Source of the DNA: a virus
DNA length: 36,348 bases
UHGV virus genome: UHGV-0238238
Strand: one strand, 5' to 3'
Part shown: in pieces, positions 26,001-35,817 of the stretch
How the letters are laid out: every line of letters begins with the position of its first letter
How positions within the stretch are numbered: the first letter of the stretch is position 1
Notes under the pieces: generated by a model
The model's database searches: none
Told to the model about the DNA's origin: nothing
Seen by the model: only the letters and a program-made list of their open reading frames with translations
Translations under genes and position numbers: made by a program

Positions 26001-27882
26001 CGATATAGAGCTTATTTGTACCATCCGTGGTGGAAAATCCTGTCTTTCCATCAGCACTGTTTGCATAGGCGATATGTAAATACGGGGTCTTTCCATCAGC
26101 TCCCGGCTTTCCGGGTGTTCCGATCGCCCCGTCTGTGCCTTTGATCTTACTCCATGCGTATTTTGTCGGGTCTGCGCTGTCATTTTGCGCAAAATCAACA
26201 TACATTCCGATATATTCCCTATTACTGTCGGACACGGAAAAATCTGTCCTACCGTCTGCGCTGTTTGCATAAGCAATGTGGGTGTACTGTGTTTTTCCGT
26301 CCTTCCCATCTTTTCCCGGAATTCCCTGATCCCCTTTTGGACCCTGTATACCATCCAATCCCGGAGCGCCTTGTGGACCCGGAGGTCCCTGTTCGCCTTG
26401 CTCTCCTTTCTCACCTTGCGGACCCTGTTCCCCGTCTTTTCCATCCTCTCCATCCATTACATCCGTGATTGTGACCTCGTAATACCCACGTTTTATCCCA
26501 TTTTCTAGAGCCTCAAATGAGTACACCGCCTTTGTATCCACGTCCGTAGCATTTACCGTAACACTCTTGCCAACGTAAAACTCTGTCCCATCTTTACTCC
26601 ACCGGATTTCCAGATTGCCCGTGACGTCCACGCCGTTATCGTAAGCGTAAGCTGTCAGAGTAGTGCTGCCGATACCATTTTTAAAGATGATGCCGTTGTT
26701 TGTGGCAATGGAGCAGGTGTAAATCTTTGTTTTGTTAATCAGATCCTCTACTTTCTGCAGCAAATCTTCCGAGATTTCCGACTGCAGCTCTTTAAAATTG
26801 GTAAAGACTGTCTTGTTTGCTTGCGGATTCGTGAAACTGCGAACCTGCTCCGATACTCTTGCACTCAAGTATAAGGTAGGAACGTACTCCTCATCTTCGA
26901 TCTCCACGGTATCTCCGATAGCGGTATCAAAGTATCCCGTCACATCATAAGTCACGACCGGTTCAGATGCTGTTCTCAAGTCCGATAGCGCCATACTGTA
27001 CAGTTTGTCTTTGTTATCCGTATCGTAGGATTTTGGCATAAAGATGTATCCATCTTCCTTGTTTATCAGGTTTGATGGAAATCTGTCCCTTGCCTGCGGC
27101 GCCCGGATATCTGGACCTTGTGTATAAAACTCTACTACGCCGTTCTCATCCAGCTCTTCTTTCTCAATTCCCTGTATAGTCAGTCCATCCTTTCCTGTTG
27201 GACGGATACCGGTGTACAGATTTTCGATACTGGATTCCTTCCGGATGCCGGTAACATTTTTCCCGTACCGCAGTTTGATATCTCCCCGGAACTCCCCAAC
27301 TCCCGTGTTATTGTCTGAGTGTTCCCGATACACGTTCATTACAATTTCTTTCAGTGAATAATCATCATTTAACACAGTCTGGAACTCAATCTCCGCATCG
27401 AATACATTCGCCACGGAAAATAAACGGGACAGTACCGTTGCCTCACCTGTCCATTCGTTTGAAATCCGCTTATCTGACACTTCATTGATCCCGATCCGCA
27501 CGGTACGTTCCGGATCAAAGGCAGTTACATATTCCTCAAAGCTCATTGCGCTTTCAGATTTGTACGCACCCACATTCTCATTGATCAATTCGAAACTTAA
27601 AGACCATGCTGTCGCAGTAACTGTAAATTCATCCTTTTCCACATGTACGATATTCAGATAGTAGTCTTTTCCGTTATATACAAAGGCTACTTTATTCCCT
27701 TCTACGATATACGCCGCATCCTCGTGTTTGGAACTTACCGTAAATGCGTATGTATTCGCTGTCCCCTGCAGATATTCATGGAGCTCATCGTTCCAATAAT
27801 GCATAGAGTTTCGATGGGTGTTATCCAAAAATGCAAGCACCCTGTCATGTGGATTCAGTACGGCAATTCTGATTTCATTCAT
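23068..27882 (-). CDS. tail-associated lysin/fibre (Tal): N-terminal Sipho_tail/prophage-tail domain, then alternating collagen-like (G-X-Y) segments and ~70-aa repeated modules, then a C-terminal receptor-binding region
   Basis: 1604 aa. Follows Dit. Carries at least 7 collagen-like stretches and 6 copies of the module K(T)xY.HI.Y..S.DG...YIG.Y.DF.Q.DS.DP.KY.W.KIKG. Confidence 0.8.
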   Translation of the reverse strand: MNEIRIAVLNPHDRVLAFLDNTHRNSMHYWNDELHEYLQGTANTYAFTVSSKHEDAAYIVEGNKVAFVYNGKDYYLNIVHVEKDEFTVTATAWSLSFELINENVGAYKSESAMSFEEYVTAFDPERTVRIGINEVSDKRISNEWTGEATVLSRLFSVANVFDAEIEFQTVLNDDYSLKEIVMNVYREHSDNNTGVGEFRGDIKLRYGKNVTGIRKESSIENLYTGIRPTGKDGLTIQGIEKEELDENGVVEFYTQGPDIRAPQARDRFPSNLINKEDGYIFMPKSYDTDNKDKLYSMALSDLRTASEPVVTYDVTGYFDTAIGDTVEIEDEEYVPTLYLSARVSEQVRSFTNPQANKTVFTNFKELQSEISEDLLQKVEDLINKTKIYTCSIATNNGIIFKNGIGSTTLTAYAYDNGVDVTGNLEIRWSKDGTEFYVGKSVTVNATDVDTKAVYSFEALENGIKRGYYEVTITDVMDGEDGKDGEQGPQGEKGEQGEQGPPGPQGAPGLDGIQGPKGDQGIPGKDGKDGKTQYTHIAYANSADGRTDFSVSDSNREYIGMYVDFAQNDSADPTKYAWSKIKGTDGAIGTPGKPGADGKTPYLHIAYANSADGKTGFSTTDGTNKLYIGQYTDYTQADSTDATKYTWTKIKGEQGERGLQGLQGEKGEQGIPGTAGANGKTSYFHIKYSSVAKPTTFSQMTETPSAYIGTYVDFVQEDSTDPARYTWSQFKGSQGVKGDQGIAGKNGADGKTSYLHIAYANSADGKTGFDVSNSTGKFYIGQYTDFTQEDSTDPTKYAWTKIKGEQGEQGPQGVPGLQGVQGPKGEQGIQGPKGDTGAAGVNYWRSSATIDLSDTKTYDVNKWYPVVGSQLPTSVYNRILVNVSLNSGTKPSWSTHVSGFSVNLDLASIGSGWGATSGECIIYADTYSFCSVSPASYTQLTYGSIPVLYLRGGGKYFVKTDFVVNWTPKPTGYTWQNGNYKQTAPVLDSRPVPSGTNIKGKSTYFHIKYSAVSNPTTSNQMTEIPNTYIGTYVDFTREDSTDPKKYTWSRFQGAQGPQGTQGIPGTNGTNGKTSYLHIKYSNDGGKTFTGNSGEDVGTHIGTCVDYNQSDPASVGSYKWAKIKGEQGATGPQGATGPQGPAGTSGRGIKTITEYYLISSAKTGITTASSGWSTSVPTMTATNKYLWNYEKFTFTDNTTATTTPKIIGIYGDKGATGATGPQGPQGNAGATGPQGPQGATGPKGPQGATGATGPQGVTGNGIKSITNYYLATASGSGVSASTSGWTTTVQAITASKKYLWNYEVVTYTNGSTYQSAPCIIGVYGDNGATGATGPSGIIVSSAAPVNPEVGQLWQTASGQPIKRWDGSKWVIHYISVDNLNAQTLSAIAADLGTVTAGLIKDKNGTMLIDVTSGKIISKKIVQGAVENVASLSNAYLAFSGKAPTTDRATMSVNLQNIMFTNENTRKATTIQFEDEMIYARNSVSPRISIYAYRNYDSGTVKGPYTSANSNNNIRVELKRRGFMVTCKITMLAQFPGSGEYGPFNEVKIPVGYRPVVDFFAPYSEVVGPNIFGTGRYGIGKDGGIKIYVENAVWTERHATFTWITDD
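24100..26460. repeat. DNA-level repeats (~200-250 bp units) encoding the collagen-like/module repeats of the tail fibre
   Basis: Repeated protein modules and repeated GGNCCNNNN tracts. Spurious overlapping ORFs occur in other frames. Confidence 0.6.
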
Positions 27883-29414
27883 TATAAATATGCCTCCCTT
27901 ATTTTTGCTTTAATCGTTGGCGGCGGACTGCTAAATGCCGAGTAGGAGAACTGGATCTCCGTCTCTCCCGGCGGTACCAGAAAATGCTTACTTCCTCGGA
28001 TTTCATCTTCCATCCGCTTCATCCCGTTTACATAAACCGCTGTATCATTTCCATCAATATAGACCACATCTCCGGACTTATACCGGTTCGGCACATCTCT
28101 GTATTTTTCCACGTTATCTTTGCGGAACCAGATTTTTTTAAGATAGTTATGCGTAACCAGCTGATTCCCGAGATTCCGGTCTCCCCACTGCCCGATCCAG
28201 ACCTGTATCTTCTCACACGCCATGTCTTTAATCTCCGGGATAGTAAAATAATAATACTGACCGTACCAAAAAATCCGTAGCCTGTCACCCTCTTTTAAAA
28301 AATCATTATGACCGCCACCCATCTTTAAATTAAACGGGTTTCCCTCATAAGCTGTCGGCTGGAAATCCAGTGTCTTGATCTTCTTGTTTTGTGGTGCGAA
28401 CCAGTCCACATGCGCCGTATTACCAACCGTATCACTCTTGTTAATAGACATAGAGCAGATCACTTCATTTTCCCCTGTAAGAAACGCAATAGTCTGTGCT
28501 CCCGTCTGTCCCATCAATCCAGTCTCGAACCAGTGCTGCGTGTAACAGTAAAAGTTCTTTGCCCCACGTCTGCCCTCGCTGTCAACCGGGATAGTAAGTG
28601 TTCTCATTCCGCCGTTCCAGTGTCCGTTCGTAGCCTGCCCACCCTTTAAAGCCATTACGCTGTATCCGGCAACGTCCCGCACTTCCAGCGTTCCTTGTGT
28701 GGTATTCTCCGGATTTTGATGAGAAGTACCGTGATCGTCTTGAAACAGGCTATACCCCTCTGACAGTATCTCTGACGCCTTATAGTCTTCGCCGTCTGCT
28801 TCTTCGATCTTGCCGAGTTGTATTGCACCGTATTTACTGGCAATCCCAATAAATCCATTTTCATGGTTGTGAGTGATATCGTAGCTTACCGGAACGGATT
28901 CTGTACCACCATTTACAATAGTAAGCGTCTGATATCCGCTTTCCTGATGGGCAGTAAACGATTTTTCCGCTGCTGAATATTTCCGTGGATCACAACAATA
29001 AAAAGTAAATTCGCTTTTTACGTTCAATCTGCCTGGCTCCACATCTCCTACACTTGATTTCGTCCCGATAAAATATTTATCCGGTTCATCTGCAAAAATC
29101 AGCTTTGCCTGTTCCTTATTTAAGATTCCAGAGAGTTTGTTGAATTTTTCCTGAAACTCTCTAGGAGATGTGCAAAGCAACTGGTATCCAACTGTAATAC
29201 TTCTGGTTGTATCTCGCTTTCCCGTATACTCGGACCCATCCACAAGATCAATTTCTCTCTCCGAAATTTCCGATCCCAAAAGCTCACGACCGGTCACGTA
29301 CAGAGTTCTGTATCCATCAATCAAATTTTCAATATATGTCCCATCAATCTGCAGAGCCTCACTCGGCAGGGAACTCTTGCTCCCCGCCTTATTTGTATCC
29401 ACAAACTCATACAT
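27882..29414 (-). CDS. distal tail protein (Dit), enlarged (510 aa), probably with an inserted carbohydrate-binding module
   Basis: Sits between TMP and Tal. About twice the size of a minimal Dit. Confidence 0.7.
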   Translation of the reverse strand: MYEFVDTNKAGSKSSLPSEALQIDGTYIENLIDGYRTLYVTGRELLGSEISEREIDLVDGSEYTGKRDTTRSITVGYQLLCTSPREFQEKFNKLSGILNKEQAKLIFADEPDKYFIGTKSSVGDVEPGRLNVKSEFTFYCCDPRKYSAAEKSFTAHQESGYQTLTIVNGGTESVPVSYDITHNHENGFIGIASKYGAIQLGKIEEADGEDYKASEILSEGYSLFQDDHGTSHQNPENTTQGTLEVRDVAGYSVMALKGGQATNGHWNGGMRTLTIPVDSEGRRGAKNFYCYTQHWFETGLMGQTGAQTIAFLTGENEVICSMSINKSDTVGNTAHVDWFAPQNKKIKTLDFQPTAYEGNPFNLKMGGGHNDFLKEGDRLRIFWYGQYYYFTIPEIKDMACEKIQVWIGQWGDRNLGNQLVTHNYLKKIWFRKDNVEKYRDVPNRYKSGDVVYIDGNDTAVYVNGMKRMEDEIRGSKHFLVPPGETEIQFSYSAFSSPPPTIKAKIREAYL

Positions 29415-32400
29415 GGCTTCTTTCTCCTTTCAGTCTCATCTTCATGCTCTCACGTCTTTCCAGATCTTTCTGCGTAAATTCCGCCGTAACACGCGCTGCT
29501 TCTCTGCCGTTATATTCAACCGGCACAACGATTGTGTATGTAACATTTCTGTTATAGGAATAATCACCGGAAAGTTCAGAATCCAAAGCACCTGAAGCTC
29601 GCATCCTCATATCTGTGTATAATGTTGGGATCTCCACAATGCTCTGCGTAGCTTCTGCAACCTTTCTGGACATCGACTCAATTCCAAGTGCAAATCCCTC
29701 TCCTACATAGACACCCAGCCCGGCAAATACTCTTGAAGGACTGTGAATTTTCGCTTTTGCCCTGACTGCCGCATCTGCAGCCGCAGCCATTTGCGCTGCA
29801 ACTGATCTGATATATCCAAGTGTAGATGCCATGCCTTTTGCAAGTCCCTGTCCAATATACACGCCGCAAGAATAAGCACCAGATGAAGTGCTGTTAAGTG
29901 CTGACAAAATGGACGTTGACATTGATCTCGCCGTAGAAGTTGCCCTACTTGCACCGGAGGATAGAGCGGAATTAAATTGGCTCATTGCCTGCGTTGCAAT
30001 ATTCGTCAGCATTGAAATAAGTTTATTAGCAGATGACGTAATTTTAGAAACACCACGCTGCACGGAATTAGCAGCTGAATTCATACCGTTAGTAAGCGCT
30101 TTTGAAAATTGCGCCCCGGCTTTCGCGGCCGAAGAATCCAGTTGTGCTACCAGCGCTTCCGCACCTGCACTAATAGAAGCAAATGCTGCCATGATACTGC
30201 CAGTATCTATAACAGGAATTGAAAAACTTGCTAATGCTCCGCTAATCATAGCCATGCTAGTAGGAATTTGAACGGCCGTTGAATTTAGTTGCGTAAGAGT
30301 TCCTGAAAACATTGAAATCTGCACCGATGCAATTGTAATTGCTCCAATAACTCCGTTAAGTCCATCTGCAACGGTACCAATTCCTTTTCCTTTTGCAGAA
30401 ATTTCTCCGAGACCAATAGCTACCGATCCGAGTGCCTTTGCTATATCTACAATAGATAGACTAGCAATCGTGTTGATACCGTCAGCTACGCTCTCGAATC
30501 CTTTGCCAGCATTTTTGGCAGAGTTTCCGATTGAGTCAATGATTCCAGCAACAGAATCCAAAACACTGGAAAATCCACCACTAATTGAATCTATAACTTT
30601 CGAAATCCCGTCTGTGACTTTTTTAAACCCATCCCCTAATGAATCAATAACACCTGTAATGATGTCCCCGGCAGTTTTAAAAATATTTACAAGTGTATTG
30701 CCAACAACTGATACTATTTGGCTAACTGAATCAGAAACAGTTGACACAAAATTTCCGAATACTGGGAAGATAGCTACGATAGCACCAGTGATTACCCCTA
30801 TTACTTGAACAACAACATCTCCAAGTATTTGAATTACGCTTCCTAGTGCTTCAACAAAAGGCGTTGCCAGAGACATTCCAGCACCAACCATAAGGATGGT
30901 TGCGCCGAAAGCAAGCATCGCTGGTATAGCAGCTGTCAGAGCCGTCCCAAATACCGCAAATACTGCAACCAAACCACCGATAACAACTCCGAATGTTCCC
31001 ATTGCAACAGCTCCGTCTGTACCAGTTTTAGCAAGAGGTGTCATGGATAATGCCATTGCTGATACCGCACCAGCAAACACCGCAATGCCAACTGCACTTT
31101 CCTGCAGTTTCTTTCCCATAGTTCCAAGTATGATTGCTAAACCACCGACAACAACTCCGAATGCAGCAAGCGGAGCAACAGCGGTTGTTCCTAATTCTGC
31201 CAGCGGTTTTACCGCAAGTGCAAAACCAGCTAAGGCGCTTACTATTAAGGCAATACCAGCACTTTTTTGAAGTGAATTAAAGCCTTCTTTTAAAGAGGTT
31301 ACTCCTTTTACGCTCGTCTTGCTCGATACCTCAACTGCTCTCTGTCCTTTGGAAATTCCGAATAATTTCCCAGCGATTTTACTTATTCCAGCTCCGGCAA
31401 GGCCGGCAATTGCACTCGTGAATGTGCCTACAAATGGAGCAACACTTTTCGCAATCTTAAAGCCTTTATATGCAACGAAAAGCTGTGGGAGTTTTGATAT
31501 CACTTTCGCGATGGTCTCCGAATGTTCTTTCAGGAATCCGGCAAATGTTTGCAATGCCCCACTCGCAGAGTCCATTACACCAGCAAAAGAACTGATGCTT
31601 TCCGTGGAGCCAAATGCACCAGTAATCTTCCCCAAATCTTCTCCGATTGCAGAAAAGGCATCTCCAAAAGCAGCCTTTATTTCGGAAACCTCTGCCTTTA
31701 AAACATTCCAGTATCCACTTGCTTTATCGAGAAATCCAGTTAATTTCCCTGCGATTGCATCCCCATCAAGATCTCCTATTTTATTTATTATCCCATCTAG
31801 GGACTTGATCGCTCGACCGGATAGAACATCAAATGACGGTGCCAGCTTATTGCTTACTGTTTCGGTCAGACCATCCATTGCCTGATCTACAGTCTTATAC
31901 TCTGTAGCAAGCTTCGTAAATGCGTCATTTGTGCCGACTTTTGCGATAGCATCAAAGAAATCTTCTGTCGCGATTTTTCCGTCCTGCACATTCTGCACCA
32001 GATCCGTGGTAGTCATGCCCATTTCTTTTGCGACTGCCGATATACCAGCCGGAGTCTGTTCGATCATAAGTTTAAAGTCTGCCCAAGCAACTGTTGGTTT
32101 CGCTGCCATCTGTGTAGCTTGCTGGCTTAAAGTTTTCATTGCCTGTTTTGGATTCTCAGCTGCCGCCGCAAGCCCTCCGAATCCCTTTACAAGCTTGTTC
32201 GTGCTTTTAATACCTACTGCACTCAGCTGAGCGTAAGTACTCGCCATATCAGATGCGCTGTAAATTGTATCTTCTGCAAACTCTTGCAATTCCTTTTTTA
32301 CAGATGCAATCTCGTCAGCGCCTTTGCCAACCATCGACATGTTTCCGTTAAATGTTTTCCATGCAGCACTGGAAGAATTTAATTCCGACACCATACCGCC

Positions 32401-32580
32401 AATACTGGATGTGACAGCACCAAATGCCTTTTGCCCAATTCCGGCCATGATTCCAAATCCGATTCCACTTGTGAGCGTGCTTTTTAAATTGCTTACGGTA
32501 CCCATTGCAGATTTGAAAGCAGACGTAAATCCTCTATCCTGCGCAGATAATATTGCCTTTACGGAAAAACTTTCTGCCAT
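29407..32580 (-). CDS. tail tape measure protein
   Basis: 1057 aa, rich in A/G/S/I with repeated small-residue helical segments. Follows the chaperones. Confidence 0.85.
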   Translation of the reverse strand: MAESFSVKAILSAQDRGFTSAFKSAMGTVSNLKSTLTSGIGFGIMAGIGQKAFGAVTSSIGGMVSELNSSSAAWKTFNGNMSMVGKGADEIASVKKELQEFAEDTIYSASDMASTYAQLSAVGIKSTNKLVKGFGGLAAAAENPKQAMKTLSQQATQMAAKPTVAWADFKLMIEQTPAGISAVAKEMGMTTTDLVQNVQDGKIATEDFFDAIAKVGTNDAFTKLATEYKTVDQAMDGLTETVSNKLAPSFDVLSGRAIKSLDGIINKIGDLDGDAIAGKLTGFLDKASGYWNVLKAEVSEIKAAFGDAFSAIGEDLGKITGAFGSTESISSFAGVMDSASGALQTFAGFLKEHSETIAKVISKLPQLFVAYKGFKIAKSVAPFVGTFTSAIAGLAGAGISKIAGKLFGISKGQRAVEVSSKTSVKGVTSLKEGFNSLQKSAGIALIVSALAGFALAVKPLAELGTTAVAPLAAFGVVVGGLAIILGTMGKKLQESAVGIAVFAGAVSAMALSMTPLAKTGTDGAVAMGTFGVVIGGLVAVFAVFGTALTAAIPAMLAFGATILMVGAGMSLATPFVEALGSVIQILGDVVVQVIGVITGAIVAIFPVFGNFVSTVSDSVSQIVSVVGNTLVNIFKTAGDIITGVIDSLGDGFKKVTDGISKVIDSISGGFSSVLDSVAGIIDSIGNSAKNAGKGFESVADGINTIASLSIVDIAKALGSVAIGLGEISAKGKGIGTVADGLNGVIGAITIASVQISMFSGTLTQLNSTAVQIPTSMAMISGALASFSIPVIDTGSIMAAFASISAGAEALVAQLDSSAAKAGAQFSKALTNGMNSAANSVQRGVSKITSSANKLISMLTNIATQAMSQFNSALSSGASRATSTARSMSTSILSALNSTSSGAYSCGVYIGQGLAKGMASTLGYIRSVAAQMAAAADAAVRAKAKIHSPSRVFAGLGVYVGEGFALGIESMSRKVAEATQSIVEIPTLYTDMRMRASGALDSELSGDYSYNRNVTYTIVVPVEYNGREAARVTAEFTQKDLERRESMKMRLKGERSHV

Positions 32581-32584
32581 GCCA

Positions 32585-32899
32585 TCACTCTCCTTTCATC
32601 ATTCTGCCGATTATGTCCAATCTTTCATTTTTTTGCTTTCGGTTCCTCACACGATCTACTTCTTTTTCGTAATCAAAAAACTTTCTGAATCTCTGATAAA
32701 CTGGTTTAGTCTTATTCTTTCCGACCTTTTTCTCTGCTTTCACAGCAAAATTCAGGAACGCTTGCAGATGATTTCGATAGTCCTTATCTACTTCTCTTAG
32801 CTGCACAGCCTCCATGAGCAGGGTGTATTCTGGAATTGTCAACCTATCCACTTCTTCAAAGCTCTTAAAGCCAAGATGTCGGAAACAATTCAACGCCAC
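32585..32899 (-). CDS. tail assembly chaperone T-part (-1 frame relative to G; likely expressed as a G-T fusion)
   Basis: The ORF is open upstream in the -1 frame across the 3-prime end of the G ORF. Canonical siphovirus arrangement. Confidence 0.55.
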   Translation of the reverse strand: MALNCFRHLGFKSFEEVDRLTIPEYTLLMEAVQLREVDKDYRNHLQAFLNFAVKAEKKVGKNKTKPVYQRFRKFFDYEKEVDRVRNRKQKNERLDIIGRMMKGE

Positions 32900-32922
32900 C
32901 TCTCTGTAGGATTCTTCAAAAT

Positions 32923-33333
32923 CTACATCATCAACTCTCTCTTCTTCGCTTCTTCCTCTTCCATTCTCTGTTTCTCTTTCTCCACAGCGTCCACCAACTC
33001 TTTCGTCGTCCTCTTCGTAGCATTCGCACTCTTTAAGAAACCCATTACTGTATCTGTAAGCTCATCGATATCTGTATTCTCGTCATCGATATAACCATCG
33101 AGCAGATTTCTTGTTACTCTTGGGTTCTGCCCTTTATTCGCAACATCAAGAATATTCACAAGAGCTTCTGGATCTCCATCCATCAAATTCATAAGCGCGT
33201 ACCGGAACCCCACATCTTTTTTAACTCCAGGTGCTCCATCTATCGGCACATTTGTCTGCTTGTTTATCTCTCTCAAAAATCCCATTCCAAAGTTAAACTG
33301 GTACACCTGTCCGTTAATTGTTAATTCCATCAT
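32923..33333 (-). CDS. tail assembly chaperone G
   Basis: 136 aa with an acidic C-terminus. Sits between the MTP and TMP genes. Confidence 0.65.
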   Translation of the reverse strand: MMELTINGQVYQFNFGMGFLREINKQTNVPIDGAPGVKKDVGFRYALMNLMDGDPEALVNILDVANKGQNPRVTRNLLDGYIDDENTDIDELTDTVMGFLKSANATKRTTKELVDAVEKEKQRMEEEEAKKRELMM

Positions 33334-33349
33334 TTTTTATTCCTCCATT

Positions 33350-33375
33350 AAAAAGAGAGCGGTCTTGCCGCCCTC
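33350..33375 (-). terminator. intrinsic terminator between the major tail and chaperone genes (GAGGGCGG-CAAGA-CCGCUCUC + UUUUU)
   Basis: Read directly. Partial readthrough is expected. Confidence 0.5.
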
Positions 33376-33392
33376 TATGTACATGATCTATT

Positions 33393-33453
33393 CTTTTCCT
33401 ACTTTTGCCTTTCCTACTTTACCTCTGCCGATTAAGGCTACATCGTCAGAGGG
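33393..33453 (-). ncRNA. conserved 3-prime-UTR RNA element, copy A (hairpin plus the 22-nt purine tract GGAAAGGCAAAAGUAGGAAAAG)
   Basis: Hairpin CCUCUGACGAU-N9-AUCGGCAGAGG starts 2 nt after the MTP stop. Same architecture as the copy after the capsid gene, with 3 compensatory base-pair changes. Confidence 0.5.
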
Positions 33454-33455
33454 CA

Positions 33456-33983
33456 TTATTCCCCCTCTTTCACGCTGTCCTTAAACACGTAATTCGCGAT
33501 TTCCTGCTGCTGCGTTGTCACGGTTACATCTCCGCGTTTACCTGATCCGTTGATGCCAAAAGTAAGGGATACTTCCACATTCTCATCTGCAGAAGACGTG
33601 ACCTCAACTTCTGTGAGATATCCTTGGAAATACATTCCCTTAAATTTATTCGGACCCGCTTCCGCTGCTTCTTCAAGGTTTACTTCCCAAATTTCAAGAA
33701 GTTTATCGGAATCCATAGCGTCCTCAAGTTCTGTGATCAATTTATCGCCTTTTGCCAAAACCGCAGTGGCTGTAATTTCTGTCTCCGCAGCTCCTGGTGT
33801 ACGGATTGTACCGTCTTTCGTTGCAGTAGAATCTGCATCCTTACTCTTGGTTCTTCCATTCTCCGTTGTAAACGCAAGATTCTTTGCTGCTTCCTGTTTC
33901 GCTTTTTCTGCAAGGCGGTACAAATATACAATTTTCTTGCCAGATACCGCCTCTGCAAATAACTGTAATCCTGTCTCAAACAT
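33456..33983 (-). CDS. major tail protein
   Basis: 175 aa. Its position and the terminator downstream fit. The N-terminus MFETGLQLFAEAV carries the LQLF/A motif. Confidence 0.75.
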   Translation of the reverse strand: MFETGLQLFAEAVSGKKIVYLYRLAEKAKQEAAKNLAFTTENGRTKSKDADSTATKDGTIRTPGAAETEITATAVLAKGDKLITELEDAMDSDKLLEIWEVNLEEAAEAGPNKFKGMYFQGYLTEVEVTSSADENVEVSLTFGINGSGKRGDVTVTTQQQEIANYVFKDSVKEGE

Positions 33984-34000
33984 GCTTTTTCTCCTCTCTG

Positions 34001-34384
34001 TTAACTAAACTTAAATTCAATTTCCAACACCCCGTGCAATAAAGGTTGTTTTGTTGTTGTATCCGGAAGTATCCTCTGGTTTACATTCCGGACATTCCAT
34101 GCAAAATTTTCGGTATGATCCAGTCTTCTGCATGCGCTTTTGATCGCCAGCAGCATTTTTGACACCGTTCCCCTCTGTCTTGGATTGTTGTGCCAGACAT
34201 GAATTGTCTGATACACATTGCCAAACACAGCCGTTTTATTGGCATCATCTGACTGTTGGCTATCTGCGAGATAAACAAAAGGATACGGCGTACCATCCGG
34301 CGGTAAGAAGCCATCATATACGTCACATCCTAATGCTTTGATCTCTGTAAGTAATTCTGTAAATAATTCTTGCTGTGGATCCAT
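34001..34384 (-). CDS. tail terminator / tail-component protein
   Basis: 127 aa, between the gp10-like gene and the MTP gene. Confidence 0.5.
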   Translation of the reverse strand: MDPQQELFTELLTEIKALGCDVYDGFLPPDGTPYPFVYLADSQQSDDANKTAVFGNVYQTIHVWHNNPRQRGTVSKMLLAIKSACRRLDHTENFAWNVRNVNQRILPDTTTKQPLLHGVLEIEFKFS

Positions 34385-34387
34385 GTC

Positions 34388-34723
34388 TCACCTCACAAGC
34401 TTTTGTAAATCTTTTTCAAACTGTTTCTTCTGCTCCTCAAATGCAGGCTTCATATATGGCTGTGCTTCCATGAAGCGGGTTCCTAGTTCCACGTACACAG
34501 AATAATCAGCTGTTGACTCTACGGTGGCAGTCATTCCACCGTCTGAAATCTCCAAGCCGATGTTGTTCTTAAGATTGCTAGTATCTACCGGAGCCTTCCT
34601 CTGTGCTTTCTTTTGCATCTCAGAGCCGTTCAATTTTACGGTGGTCTTCACTGTACTCATATCCATACGCTTTTTTAAACCTTTGCTCATCTTCACAATT
34701 CCCTCAAACTTAATTTCTGCCAC
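34388..34723 (-). CDS. HK97 gp10-family tail-completion protein
   Basis: 111 aa. YVELGTRFMEAQPYMKPA matches the gp10 family. Confidence 0.6.
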   Translation of the reverse strand: MAEIKFEGIVKMSKGLKKRMDMSTVKTTVKLNGSEMQKKAQRKAPVDTSNLKNNIGLEISDGGMTATVESTADYSVYVELGTRFMEAQPYMKPAFEEQKKQFEKDLQKLVR

Positions 34724-35024
34724 TTTGCACCTCCGATACTACAAACACATGCTTTGTTCGAAGTTTCCGCTCAAAATCCACTCCGTACACTTTCCTTCCG
34801 ACTCTGATCCGGTGGAATATTTCTGCATAATGAGTCTGCAATTGAATTGTAAGACTTCCTTGTTTAATGCTGCCATAAATCAGGTTCATCGTTTCTGTTC
34901 CGGTATCTGAAACGCTTCCGTACTTCTTCACTTCCGTCACGTGGTCATCTGCGTAATCACCAGTATCTGGATTGTACGCTCCATGTTCTACCGTCTGAAA
35001 ATATACAGCTTTATCATACCTCAT
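34710..35024 (-). CDS. head-tail adaptor / head closure protein (SPP1 gp16-like)
   Basis: 104 aa. Position fits. Confidence 0.55.
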   Translation of the reverse strand: MRYDKAVYFQTVEHGAYNPDTGDYADDHVTEVKKYGSVSDTGTETMNLIYGSIKQGSLTIQLQTHYAEIFHRIRVGRKVYGVDFERKLRTKHVFVVSEVQSGRN

Positions 35025-35347
35025 AGGAATCGCACCCTCCCACGTTTTACCCCGTCTACAGAGTCAAGATACGCTTGTATTTCGTCCATATAGGCGGAAA
35101 AATCATTTTCATTGTACGTAGTACTTTCTCCAGCCACGCTATGTGAGGACATGCCCTCAGAGCCAATGCGGTTAAACCGGATCACTGCCACATCCGTAAC
35201 GATATGCTGCATACTCGATGGCACTTCCATGCCACCAAGAAGCAGTTTCAAACGATTTCGCACAGATTCCAGAATCAGTAAAAGCTTTTCATCGGAATCC
35301 CTATCGGAAACGTCAATTCCCAGAAGAATTTTTAAATCATCCAACAT
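35021..35347 (-). CDS. head-tail connector (gp6-like DNA packaging protein)
   Basis: 108 aa, first gene of the connector cluster. Confidence 0.55.
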   Translation of the reverse strand: MLDDLKILLGIDVSDRDSDEKLLLILESVRNRLKLLLGGMEVPSSMQHIVTDVAVIRFNRIGSEGMSSHSVAGESTTYNENDFSAYMDEIQAYLDSVDGVKRGRVRFL

Positions 35348-35361
35348 TCAATTTCAACTCC

Positions 35362-35727
35362 TTACGAATTCGCCATAATCCCCTGTTTTTTCATCTCCGC
35401 AAGAATCGCATTGATTTTATCTTTCAGGTCAGTTGCTGTTTCTGTGGACAAATCTTCGATCAAAGCCATCTGTTTCACACCGCCGAGCGTTGTTTTATTC
35501 GCCGCTGGAAGAGTGTAACTTGGTCCTGCAGGTCCCTGTGCGCCCGGTTCTCCCTTGTCGCCTTTCGGTCCTGCTACTCCTGGATCGCCTTTTGCTCCTG
35601 CTGCTCCTGCTGGTCCTGCTGGTCCTGCTGGTCCTACCTGCTCATTCTTCACGCCCTGCTCTAACTTATTCAGTTTCTCTGCTGTAATAACGTCTCCATC
35701 GCTCCATGTTGTTGGTGTATATGCCAT
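35362..35727 (-). CDS. small collagen-like protein (16 G-X-Y triplets), possibly a head fibre/decoration
   Basis: 121 aa. GPAGPAGPAGAAGAKGDPGVAGPKGDKGEPGAQGPAGP. RBS GGAGGT precedes the ATG at 35727. Sits immediately after the capsid gene. Confidence 0.6.
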   Translation of the reverse strand: MAYTPTTWSDGDVITAEKLNKLEQGVKNEQVGPAGPAGPAGAAGAKGDPGVAGPKGDKGEPGAQGPAGPSYTLPAANKTTLGGVKQMALIEDLSTETATDLKDKINAILAEMKKQGIMANS

Positions 35728-35754
35728 ATCTACTACCTCCGTTATATTATTTCG

Positions 35755-35815
35755 CTTTTCCTACTTTTGCCTTTCCGATCTTCCCACTGCCAATCAAGGC
35801 GGTATTGTCAGTGGG
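35755..35815 (-). ncRNA. conserved 3-prime-UTR RNA element, copy B (hairpin CCCACUGACAAU-N9-AUUGGCAGUGGG plus the same 22-nt purine tract)
   Basis: Starts 2 nt after the capsid stop codon. Same architecture as copy A. Confidence 0.5.
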
Positions 35816-35817
35816 TA

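Noticed and set aside
23098-32230. Numerous plus-strand and alternative-frame ORFs inside the tail fibre and tape-measure genes (e.g. 25935-26453, 26154-26508, 29888-30271, 30470-31885)
   Set aside because: They are antisense or out-of-frame products of repeat-rich, GC-skewed coding sequence belonging to long, well-supported structural genes.
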